Shown here one piece after another: positions 53,201 through 59,944 of a stretch of 64,000 bases of DNA. The DNA is from Caecitellus pseudoparvulus (Eukaryota; Protista; Bigyra: Bicosoecida). How positions within the stretch are numbered: the first letter of the stretch is position 1; each line of letters begins with the position of its first letter. The notes below the pieces were generated by a model. The model had not been told where the DNA came from, searched no databases, and saw nothing but the letters and a program-made list of their open reading frames with translations. Position numbers and translations under genes: made by a program. Where the stretch lies: contig CBFFRQ010000068.1 in NCBI GenBank assembly GCA_965644315.1, positions 1,116,001-1,180,000 of the forward strand. Direction: 5' to 3'.

Positions 53201-55165
53201 GATGTGGGTGCTGGGGGCGGTGATGGGTGGGAGGGCTGGGGAGAGGAGGGTGGCGATGTGGGCGGTGTGGAGTCGGGTGGCGATGGAGGCGGTGTGGAGC
53301 CGGGTGGCGATGTGGGCGGTGTGGAGTCGGGTGGCGATGTGGGCGGTGTGGAGTCGGGTGGCGATGGAGGCGGTGTGAAGCCGGGTGGCGATGTGGGTGC
53401 TGGGGGCGGTGACGGGTGGGAGGACTGGGGAGAGGAGGGTGGAGTGACGGCTGTGTCGGGTGGCGATGTGGGTGGTGTGGAGTCGGGTGGCGATGTGGGC
53501 GGTGTGGAGTCGGGTGGCGATGTGGGCGGTGTGGAGTCGGGTGGCGATGTGGGCGGTGTGGAGTCGGGTGGCGATGTGGGCGGTGTGGAGTCGGGTGGCG
53601 ATGTGGGCGGTGTGGAGTCGGGTGGCGATGTGGGCGATGTGGAGTCGGGTGGCGATGTGGGCGATGTGGAGTCGGGTGGCGATGTGGGCGGTGTGGAGTC
53701 GGGTGGCGATGTGGGTGGTGTGGAGTCGGGTGGCGATGTGGGCGGTGTGGAGTCGGGTGGCGATGTGGGCGGTGTGGAGTCGGGTGGCGATGTGGGCGTT
53801 GTGGAGTCGGGTGGCGATGTGGGCGGTGTGGAGTCGGGTGGCGATGTGGGCGGTGTGGAGTCGGGTGGCGATGTGGGCGGTGTGGAGTCGGGTGGCGATG
53901 TGGGCGGTGTGGAGTCGGGTGGCGATGGAGGCGGTGTGGAGCCGGGTGGCGATGTGGGTGCTGGGGGCGGTGATGGGTGGGAGGGCTGGGGAGAGGAGGG
54001 TGGCGATGTGGGCGGTGTGGAGTCGGGTGGCGATGTGGGTGGTGTGGAGTCGGGTGGCGATGTGGGCGGTGTGGAGTCGGGTGGCGATGTGGGCGGTGTG
54101 GAGTCGGGTGGCGATGGAGGCGGTGTGAAGCCGGGTGGCGATGTGGGTGCTGGGGGCGGTGACGGGTGGGAGGGCTGGGGAGAGGAGGGTGGAGTGACGG
54201 CTGTGTCGGGTGGCGATGTGGGTGCTGGGGGCGGTGATGGGTGGGAGGGCTGGGGAGAGGAGGGTGGCGATGTGGGCGGTGTGGAGTCGGGTGGCGATGG
54301 AGGTGGTGTGGAGTCGGGTGGCGATGGAGGCGGTGTGGAGCCGGGTGGCGATGTGGGTGCTGGGGGCGGTGATGGGTGGGAGGGCTGGGGAGAGGAGGGT
54401 GGCGATGTGGGCGGTGTGGAGTCGGGTGGCGATGGAGGCGGTGTGGAGCCGGGTGGCGATGTGGGCGGTGTGGAGTCGGGTGGCGATGTGGGTGGTGTGG
54501 AGTCGGGTGGCGATGTGGGCGGTGTGGAGTCGGGTGGCGATGTGGGCGGTGTGGAGTCGGGTGGCGATGTGGGCGGTGTGGAGTCGGGTGGCGATGGAGG
54601 CGGTGTGAAGCCGGGTGGCGATGTGGGTGCTGGGGGCGGTGACGGGTGGGAGGACTGGGGAGAGGAGGGTGGAGTGACGGCTGTGTCGGGTGGCGATGGA
54701 GGCGGTGTGGAGCCGGGTGGCGATGTGGGCGATGTGGAGTCGGGTGGCGATGGAGGCGGTGTGGAGTCGGGTGGCGATGGAGGCGGTGTGGAGCCGGGTG
54801 GCGATGTGGGTGCTGGGGGCGGTGACGGGTGGGAGGGCTGGGGAGAGGAGGGTGGAGTGACGGCTGTGTCGGGTGGCGATGTGGGCGGTGTGGAGTCGGG
54901 TGGCGATGTGGGTGCTGGGGGCGGTGACGGGTGGGAGGACTGGGGAGAGGAGGGTGGAGTGACGGCTGTGTCGGGTGGCGATGTGGGCGGTGTGGAGTCG
55001 GGTGGCGATGTGGGTGGTGTGGAGTCGGGTGGCAATGGGGGCAATGCGGAGGCTGGTGGTGCTCTTATCCCAGCAGGTATCGAGCAAGCTGTTGTACCTG
55101 GTGCACATGATGCCGCAGAGGCAGTGGCAAGCTTGACCAGCAGCATGTCGAGTTGGTTCACCTGA
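41297..55165 (+). CDS. NBAS/Sec39-like giant protein (beta-rich N-terminus plus helical solenoid) with a ~1700-aa repetitive acidic Gly-rich tail
   Basis: One open frame of 4661 aa; caccATG at 41297. Three segments resemble recalled NBAS sequence in the same order: ASMSAHGLLPLLP (~ETTSPHEYSVLLP), LARRLLDDAPSVSHTSVRVAHRILQ (~ASREYFNSSTNLTDSCMDLARCCLQ), QLLGVAWSL..VVDAAMDTSQWLHAA (~KLLGLAELL..LVEQALRFHDYKAA). Divergent and not confirmed by HMM. Confidence 0.6.
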   Translation: MFALAEEVQESFAPEALALGCQYKVLHLEGAEQPEARQDDTWSWWDAAGAAAAFISAPCAPARFIPTKAVQSALDARDIEWRAFCLPSTRNTLLVGERMLALLDTSTTWRCQALLQLPLDAGDCLPSGAGHFGEAAALAVPDVHGVVHLWYGRQGRLLHRAVGNLPWTETLGHGANCIAHAATDAQISDEQELFGQLVVVTLDGTVWHGSFRAELETGMAAPAPGAPDQPTQSQSRSPSSLCVRWRAPLNARQTGLRSITCAKVARAPREGRGTHVFLAGRVGQGASHHHCLCIHLPVDDAAPPSLLACAPVVPPGAPGQTCDIATQLFLEPLQETSRVGTLQSLSVPSKGYSGPPSCAAAGSCSCSAVGSHCAQHGRTCRREAGATEPNSSDSIVFLLPPSSAEADVVAINAAGHLFMLQPGGLRFHLPPPAEDAWVEAAWLSRHCLMAFTRTGDFVAFHGDAEGGWSTAASFDPLPVGQHHGAMCVAGQAAAMCAVKAPLTACVVPSATSSPKLLLLCKHVAACRTRFAWSAVDSSSATAVEQRPGSMSHDEGSAQLDAISEAVDHALQGASSEDLKEGGHIFKSRLFNMVSLSPVPLRAFAVSVVESIVQELSGGATVGEAELSQRIRALLQLAATHSEPVATLLLEAVLGVLKPQPSPAGLDVARGSVEAACRLVDILLQHVAALGGQKAAHILASMLAGCTASTVSETCCLWETGLKCLRQAGESGTPIQGQLQSQLDALELLDRLDMSGDVCPALISQLVDEGPRALLRVALVGGQETHVREILTRTPAVAPEEMFELLEIAAASMSAHGLLPLLPAPPAVQLRDPVVAVHRGPPVGLPPPLTVGAGGPSTSPVQAPPPHFSLLVQPHRFVFEGQAATWTVQPHSSSSPQPLPVVLSALCHAWIHLLDCLDRHGRHDVALSTLQQLFRHMPAEVPMLPAIDHLRERMSKLHEENFIESRDLAVSRDEWATLKASEKLEVALAGAHPAVALVEAGKAVEQLTGSALRDLDAETLENWRRAFRGMLEESEPNYSVQVLAHAVLDHAAHTDHALMSSNTAQQLLFDLCSSLETADEQVLSLVQEALLSLDNALALRVGATLAALQSAAHAARDTSLSLAQAWHLCSATDHQLAAWDDALLACCFGVPDESMSTLAAMAPEDLNPPSFTAFASKVDRWLPAGAPHTMLLHMLSIAKASEHPAVAPLVCAAAASRLSVCVMGSPDSAAAVMGVQEVHEALAIALRDTGLAMDWLPWAEGMMKLACFRLARRLLDDAPSVSHTSVRVAHRILQHAAETMGHAEWQSRPLPPGALTAFFEVQQEVEDGVRDDVAFLGSIERVAAFAETAVDAGYAGSAAQRHVTLSQLRSLIDSNTGISVGVSAVHALLSAFPLCFRLVQDPTSGLLSDEAACDLGNELLQARERLLQRSSVASGMSWIKRKLGATVAAAFSLDVPSALLEDSRASGELPADLRAAATAEQLLGVAWSLNVQRNTADEMLTWCMVVDAAMDTSQWLHAAAAAFTCLIRAQKCRDVEAVQACAGLIIELVVRHSGLSTPTLTTGTQLLQSACPALARLKLSDESIAPDRRCPASILLHIAKCGQGVLDCGQTGTTAAFLDAFNAFVDVLSVQTLARCCNLSLDCLLLPIEEAVPTLAPLASGSPLALLVAYAAKLELSDASAMRIVSLLAEGSAPSPAPGGTIRHGVAMCLFAVLDRQLSASAAAFAACPEPSLQATLFLGAACFGAEATAALAQWLPHEQFQEQLVGMVGPTIHQALTAAARSSIFGSSADSDGDGEIFERFAALTGTSAAKKQSVNLSFRDVLKDAAAALLMLPPVVLDDQNPPSDHVLVISSVHVAQAFAVKQGAVSEREMCKQVLSDCLDLGRAEAQCSFQFAQAFSSDTSSSELSEPVAIFWWLVHCFDSSAAALVLHIMGHAHRLPARALKPAAAVSSVIHDPSVVEAMSGADEVEPGCRHAIAFAHALSCALSLDACLVAEHTAEWLHSIEASATLCQCGAREHAWTQAVVEAATALPRPLSGGELLAALGLTSSLNLVRGVGHACDADPLLSEQVALISSSLPFVEVEQEPFQRAALVWSKAVRAATFKVWLSSVPLVNSVLEFSLGQLPSDSEALRLSPRFLVEALLTRHLWTAAQPGDEALQDLLTVLEQRGKVAPATAERVLLPLLPGGDQLWRSILQSTSERLVPCAEHSHIQLASQHEVVALHLASVQAAWWPKLAATAGFSSGMTEFGRSWLATVSECVRAADGDVLLANVSEGVSHAFARHTPNSPDVAMSIARGVLREMVFDSVLQADLSHTKHLATMVAPCLEMRSPESLVREVVADSCTSMVQAVLDSLGDTVQSESSLESAEDEANQLLVLLDATQSMLGTDLADVPRTVVAAAEALASGLASFPSDSEAVTRARDVLYGKLSSMSSASFSSHFEAGVRNWVKALKAAGVLDAEDLERVALPGTFSAPTVAAFVASLLERATCTLGAKEVLLQMLWLLASDGLDHLPALHDTDSWVACAWADIWDGSSRFGHESLLTSTAAQEAIADLTRSKLSPGHVDAALVLAIGLSGAMQGAATIESIRCLHTVLLKLLGSPCAQAVHLAKALSRCFGAEVQVDAPQELVLAVSCMVGTQSQKSHEAPAALLRSVSDAISHSILGYGALNDASGYTLDFRPTLAASFQPSPALARAYARACIHCQENRVLATRAGAKCAQALVLSHDSNAFADFVHGAVEHCSDAELLAWACTATQSLNSRQALVQLSRFCSELESSSLAGARIQTLLSASIAPELRSTAAFHAVLDWSTHIVCERVNQPSSLRTGGDLVRKHLRPHTASLEEPWETCYEDGDVSDVESGGDVGAGGGDGWEGWGEEGGVTAVSGGDGGGVESGGDVGAGGGDGWEGWGEEGGVTAVSGGDVGDVESDGDGGDVESVGDVGAGGGDGWEGWGEEGGVTAVSGGDGGGVESGGDGGGVESGGDVGAGGGGDGGGVESGGDVGDVESGGDVGDVESGGDVGDVESGGAGGDVESGGDVGAGGGDGWEGWGEEGGVTAVSGGDGGGVESDGDGGGVESGGDVGGVESGGDVGGVESGGDVGDVESGGAGGDVESGGDVGAGGGDGWEGWGEEGGVTAVSGGDGGGVESGGDVGGVESGGDVGDVESGGDVGDVESGGDVGGVESGGDVGGVESGGDVGGVESGGDVGDVESGGDGGGVESGGDVGGVESGGDVGGVESGGDVGGVESGGDVGGVESGGDVGDVESGGDGGGVESGGDVGAGGGDGWEGWGEEGGVTAVSGGDVGGVESGGDVGGVESGGDVGGVESGGDVGGVESGGDVGDVESGGDGGGVESGGDVGAGGGDGWEGWGEEGGVTAVSGGDVGGVESGGDVGGVESGGDVGGVESGGDVGGVESGGDVGGVESGGDGGGVEPGGDVGAGGGDGWEGWGEEGGVTAVSGGDGGGVESGGDVGGVESGGDVGDVESGGDVGAGGGDGWEGWGEEGGVTAVSGGDVGGVESGGDGGGVESGGDVGGVEPGGDVGGVESGGDVGGVESGGDVGGVESGGDGGGVEPGGDVGAGGGDGWEGWGEEGGVTAVSGGDVGAGGGDGWEGWGEEGGVTAVSGGDVGGVESGGDVGGVESGGDVGDVKPGGDVGDVESGGDGGGVESGGDVGGVESGGDVGGVESGGDVGGVESGGDVGDVESGGDVGGVESGGDVGGVESGGDVGGVESGGDVGGVESGGDVGGVESGGDVGGVESGGDVGGVESGGDVGGVESGGDVGGVESGGDGGGVEPGGDVGAGGGDGWEGWGEEGGVTAVSGGDVGAGGGDGWEGWGEEGGVTAVSGGDVGGVESGGDVGGVESGGDVGDVKPGGDVGDVESGGDGGGVESGGDVGGVESGGDVGGVESGGDVGGVESGGDVGDVESGGDVGGVESGGDVGGVESGGDVGDVESGGDVGGVESGGDGGGVEPGGDVGAGGGDGWEGWGEEGGDVGGVESGGDGGGVEPGGDVGGVESGGDVGGVESGGDGGGVKPGGDVGAGGGDGWEDWGEEGGVTAVSGGDVGGVESGGDVGGVESGGDVGGVESGGDVGGVESGGDVGGVESGGDVGGVESGGDVGDVESGGDVGDVESGGDVGGVESGGDVGGVESGGDVGGVESGGDVGGVESGGDVGVVESGGDVGGVESGGDVGGVESGGDVGGVESGGDVGGVESGGDGGGVEPGGDVGAGGGDGWEGWGEEGGDVGGVESGGDVGGVESGGDVGGVESGGDVGGVESGGDGGGVKPGGDVGAGGGDGWEGWGEEGGVTAVSGGDVGAGGGDGWEGWGEEGGDVGGVESGGDGGGVESGGDGGGVEPGGDVGAGGGDGWEGWGEEGGDVGGVESGGDGGGVEPGGDVGGVESGGDVGGVESGGDVGGVESGGDVGGVESGGDVGGVESGGDGGGVKPGGDVGAGGGDGWEDWGEEGGVTAVSGGDGGGVEPGGDVGDVESGGDGGGVESGGDGGGVEPGGDVGAGGGDGWEGWGEEGGVTAVSGGDVGGVESGGDVGAGGGDGWEDWGEEGGVTAVSGGDVGGVESGGDVGGVESGGNGGNAEAGGALIPAGIEQAVVPGAHDAAEAVASLTSSMSSWFT
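49850..55033 (+). repeat. Coding composite tandem array: 27-bp unit (GGTGGCGATGTGGGCGGTGTGGAGTCG = GGDVGGVES) interspersed with 22 copies of a Trp module, usually 75 bp (GGDVGAGGGDGWEGWGEEGGVTAVS)
   Basis: Directly visible. Motif spacings such as 75, 237 (75+6x27) and 663 bp (2x75+19x27). The frame is never broken. Confidence 0.98.
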
Positions 55166-55181
55166 TCAACTGGCAATGCAT

Positions 55182-57251
55182 TCAGAACTCCAGGGGCCGG
55201 ACTGCCATGAACTGTTCTACGACTTCATCTGTGACGGTTGCCCGTGCCGCTTGATGAGCAGACACCATTTCTTGCATCACCTCAATGAGCCGTGCTTTCA
55301 CCTCGCCGGTCAGCATCTCACCAGACTCGTACTTCTTGCCGATCTCTGCAAGCTCCTCATCGCTTTCGAGGAAGAAACCCAGGTACTGGAATGGCACGTC
55401 AACTGCCAAGTTGGCGCCGGACTCGCGCTGCTCTTCAGCAGTCGCACCCCCCCCCGAAAATGCGTACTTGTTGATCTTCTTCTTGATGTCTTTCGGCGAG
55501 TCCGTCACGAAAATAGCACTGGTCTTCGACGAGGCTGACATCTTAGATTTGGACCCTTGGAGAGCGGGAAAGAAAGTTGAGTGAATGAGGGCAGGCTTGT
55601 TCCATCCTTTGCGGGCAGCGACGTCCCGAGTCATGCGGAAGTAGGGGTCTTGATCAATGGCTTGCGGGATGAGGCAGAGCAAGTCTTCCTTGCCCTGCAG
55701 GGGGACCTTGAAGCTGGTGGGGAAGGAAGGAGCGGCCTGGGTTGCAGGGAACGATTGCTTGCCAATGCAGTCAGAGCCAGTGAACCCGAAGATGCCCTTG
55801 ACTTGGTTGTGCGTTACCGCCTTCTGGATGGTGAGAATGTTGCGGTACATGTGGCCGTAGTACTCCAAGTCGGAAAAGATAAAGGTCTTTTTCGGATCAA
55901 AGCCACACGCGATGATGTCCTTCGCGTTCTCCTTGCCAAGTCGGTGGCACTCCTCCAGCTCCAGGTCTTTCCACAGGAACTTCTCGTCATCAGTGAGCTG
56001 AACGACAAGCGGCACGTCAAAGGCTTCTTGCAACCACTGTGTGAACTGAAACGGCACCATGTGTCCCATGTGCAGTGCCTCGGAGCTGGGGCCTCGTCCA
56101 GTGTACAGGTAGAACTTCTCGCCCTTCATGTAGCGTTGGAGCAGGATGCCCAGGTCACGATGCGAGAAAAAGATGCCACGGCGCAAAAACCGATGGGCCT
56201 TGCGCTTTGTGACAGCCTCCACTGTCGCAATGAGGTCGGGAGTGATTGCTGAGCAGCCAAAGTCTCGAATCAGCTTCTGGTAGTCAACGCCCTCGTCACC
56301 CTCTGCCTCCATCTCCCAAGGCGTAACCTTCTGACCTCCTGAATCCGCAGCTGCAGCAGCACTTGCCTCATCACTGCCGCCAGTCTCAGCTTTAGGTGCT
56401 GCGGGTGCCAGAGCAGCTTCAGCTGGGGGAGCGGCTGCGTCCGCAGGCACCTCATCAGCCGCACTGCCCGAACCTGCCGCTGCAGCAGCAGCAGCGTCTG
56501 CAGTGCTGGCAGCTGGTGTTTGGGGCTTATCTGGTGGTGTGGGGTTCAATGCTTGGATATCCTCTGTGGGCGGCAGCTCGGCGCTGTCGGCTTCAACAGG
56601 CGCAAGTGGGATGTCACTCTGCCCTTGGTTGGCAGCAGTGAAGGTGATATCAAGCCATCCGCGCTTTTGGGGCTTGTACTTGGTCTTCAGCACCTTAATC
56701 TCGCCGACCGCTCCAGTACTTGCAGTGACAGCTGCATCAGCCTTGACGGCATTGAAGTCAACTCCGGGAATGTACACCAGGCGCAAGTCAGTGACGCTGT
56801 CTGGCACCTTGGCTGAATCGTACACCGCGTGCCCGAAACGTGACTCTACGAGAGCCCGACTCGCCTCGATGAGCTGCACGGGGATATCTTGCCCCACAAT
56901 CTCATTTGCCTTCTCCTCGAAAGCCGTCAATTCATCTGCCGTGGGTGCAACCTGTGCAAGCGCGCAGGTGCGAAAAGGTGTGGCAGCGATTTCCGCACAC
57001 ACCACCGCAGACCTCCCCAGCACGCACGTCATCACGGAAAAGCTTGACAGTCATGGAAATCTTGCCCTTCTGCACTTTCTTCTTCATGGTTGTCTGCTGC
57101 AGGGGCGTCCCGAACGTCATCGCGATGGCGCCCTGCGCAGGAAAACGCGAGAAGTGTGGCGCTCCGCCTCAGGATGCAGCTGTTGTTTGCCAGTCCACAC
57201 CTTCACGATGTGCGTTGCTGTCTCAGCAACTGGCTCGCTGAGGCTCTGCAT
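55182..57251 (-). CDS. WARS1: Cytosolic-type tryptophanyl-tRNA synthetase with an N-terminal AlaX-like domain; introns 57200-57133 and 57027-56952
   Basis: [62 protein letters not shown]. Two GT..AG introns give a continuous frame from gccATG at 57251. Confidence 0.96.
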
Positions 57252-57921
57252 GGCTCTTGGTGCTTGCTGTTTGGGGTGTCAAACTCTGCGCGCAAAAGCT
57301 GCTCTTGTGGCGCTCAGGTTCGGCAGCTGCTTGGAGGTAGTCAAGGTGGGCTCGGGAAAGCGGGGAAAGGGATCACACGGTCGGCGTGAGGAGAGGGTGG
57401 AGCACTTGTCAGAACCCGTGAAGATTCTGTGAGAGGTTCGGGATTGTGCCTGGTTGAGAAGAGTGCGCCGCATGGCTGTCAGCTATGACTCAACTCAGAG
57501 CAGCGCCAGCCGCCAAGTCGCGCGGGACTGCACAGTCCACAGCACAAATCAACTCCACACAAGGTGAGGTGCCGTGAAAAGCTGTGCAACGTGAGTGCTT
57601 CATTGGATCTTGCTCGGTCTCGGGACGGCAGCTGCCCCAATCTCCCAGCGCACGCACTGTGGGCCCCTGGAGATGCCGTAATCTTCAAATCCGGGCGCAA
57701 CTTTTGTCACATTATTCCCGACATACGGTAATTCTCGAATTGGAATGCACGGGGCTCGCCCACGTCTTTGATGGCTGCCTACAGCTCGTGAAGCATTGAG
57801 CAGCTTTGCTCAATTTCCGCACAATAAGCAGGGTGGTAGACCGCTCACTGTTGTGCAGCAGATTGAGAGGCAGCCTCTGTTGCTGCCAGCGACACCTAGA
57901 ATTGAGTCATTGCATCGAACC

Positions 57922-59942
57922 ATGGCAGTTGAAGTCCACTGCTCTGCAACGCACATGGGGCAAGTTTACTCTGTGCTTGAGGACTGCGCAGCCAACCGTC
58001 ACGCAAGCCACGCTTCACTGCCCAGGGTGCCAATTTTCGAGTGCGACCTGAGTGAAGGCTACAAAGTTGACTTGGCTTCAGCTTTAGATGCCTGGTACAG
58101 CGTGAGTGTGCATGTAACGGACGACAGTGGCGCTGCTCGGCAAACTGCTTGTCCCTGGGTTTGAAGGCTGAGGCTGAGGATGGAGCTGGCGCAGCTGGGA
58201 ATGGAAGTGAAACCGAAGAAGAGGAGGACGATGATCAAGTGTTGTATCGAGAGCAAAAGGCGATGGCAGGTGCGGCGCCACACGCGTCTGTACCCTCAAC
58301 AGCACCTGTTGTTGGAGGCGGTAGGACACACAGCCAACTGGACCAAGTGGTTCTCAAATACGAGGCCCTCGCGATGGCGGAGCAAAGCGGGATGAACCTA
58401 GGAGGGGGAACGCTGGATGATGGAGTCAGTTCAGGAACGGAGGCTTCTGACGATGATGTAGGGGGCGGCCGTGGCGATGATGCAGAGTCTGGGGATGAGG
58501 GGGACACAGGCAGCGTGGATGGCTTTATCGATGACTCAGAAGTGCATCAAGCCCGTGCTGCGGTGATCATGGCCAGAAAACAGCGACCATTACATGGTGA
58601 CTGGTTTGTCATGAAGGGAGGTGGGGCCATCCAAGCTGAAGAGCTGCCTGATTTGGAGGCAGCCCACACCCCGTCAGCAGCTGCGAAGGAACCAAGCACG
58701 GAAATGTCAAAGAGCCTGGCAAACCGCGAGCGTTCCAGGCGCTCTTTCATCCGAGAACACAAGCAAAGCTCAGTGGAGTGGCGTGAGAGCGCATCGGCGT
58801 CGACACTCAGCGCATTGAAGGCGCTGGAGGCCGCAGCCAGTCAGCGATCGCCAATTCCTTTCACTCCGGGATGGAGAGCAAAAAAAGCGGGACTTATAGA
58901 GGCACCAGATTGGCCATATGACTTGGATGCGCTGCTTAGTGATCTTGACGCTGCTGTGTTGCAAGATGGCTCCTCCCAACGCAGCAGCGGGTACATTTGC
59001 ACCTTGTTGGAGCATGCAGTCCCATTCAGCGAGGGGACTGTAAAGCGACACTTAAACAGACTTGAGCGTGCACGCTCTGTCGAGAGCGCATGGAGTCAAC
59101 TGCAGAGCGCGCTTGATGCGGTGGGTTCTCAAGGAGGGTCCCTTGACGCTGCCACCAACGCGCTAGCGGCGGTCAAGGCATACCACCACGCCGTGGTGCT
59201 CCACCGAAAGCGCCTCAACAAAAAGGACCGGAATGCCCTGGCTGCATTGTACAGAGCGCACCATCCTGCCGACCTCCCAAACGCATCGCTACTTTGTACG
59301 GGGCTGCGGGGTTCTGCGGCCAGCCAAAGTGGGAAATCACTCATGCGCGCTGGAAAAACTGGTGCAATCTCATCGGCTCCGGCCGGGCCTGACTCAGAGG
59401 TCTTCTGGCGGGCACAGTCCATGCCCCCACTGTCAAGGTGCACACAGTTGCTCTTGGAGTGCGTAGGCGGCCACATGTCGCCAGCTCAACTGTCTGCCGT
59501 GAAGGGGTTGATTTCATCCCTGCCGGGTGATCCAACCAGCCCCGATGCTCCGACCCCCACAGCTGGTATAGACACCGTGCAAGAGAGCCAGGAGCAGCAG
59601 GCACCAGGGATGGCAAGGGGCGAAGTTGACCAGCAGGCCGCTACCCCTGCACCAGCGCATGCTCCATCTCAGGCGATCCGAATGCCTTTGTCTCGTGCCT
59701 TGCCAAGCTCCGTTGCAACTGGCGGGTTGCTACTGCGCGACGGGGCTCAGCCAGGGAAGCCCCCAAAAAGCAAAGCGGCACTTGTGTGCTTAGCATACGC
59801 CGATGGAAGCCTTCCTGACAGCGACATTAGCTCTGGCCAGTCGATCGCACACTTCAAACGCATCTGGGGGGCATTCCATAAGCCAAAGCCGCTGAAGCAA
59901 GACGATATGAGGGCCCTGCTTGAGCAGGCGGTTCAGAAGTAG
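57922..59942 (+). CDS. Ubinuclein/Hpc2-like HIRA-complex subunit (HRD/HUN domain); intron 58102-58166
   Basis: LDQVVLKYE (NHRD-like), an acidic stretch, DGFIDDSE, then GDWFVMKGG, matching the FIDDxE..GFY/F pattern of the Hpc2-related domain. Confidence 0.7.
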
Positions 59943-59944
59943 GC

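Noticed and set aside
49850-55033. CRISPR-like repeat-spacer array
   Set aside because: The intervening sequences are themselves repeats, not unique spacers. The array is coding, the context is eukaryotic and there are no cas genes.
49814-55176. Long antisense ORFs of 1764 and 1778 aa (HIATRLHTA and TPPTSPPDS repeats)
   Set aside because: Shadow frames of a stop-free repeat whose unit length is a multiple of 3. They start and end almost exactly with the array; only the plus frame is continuous with a real gene.
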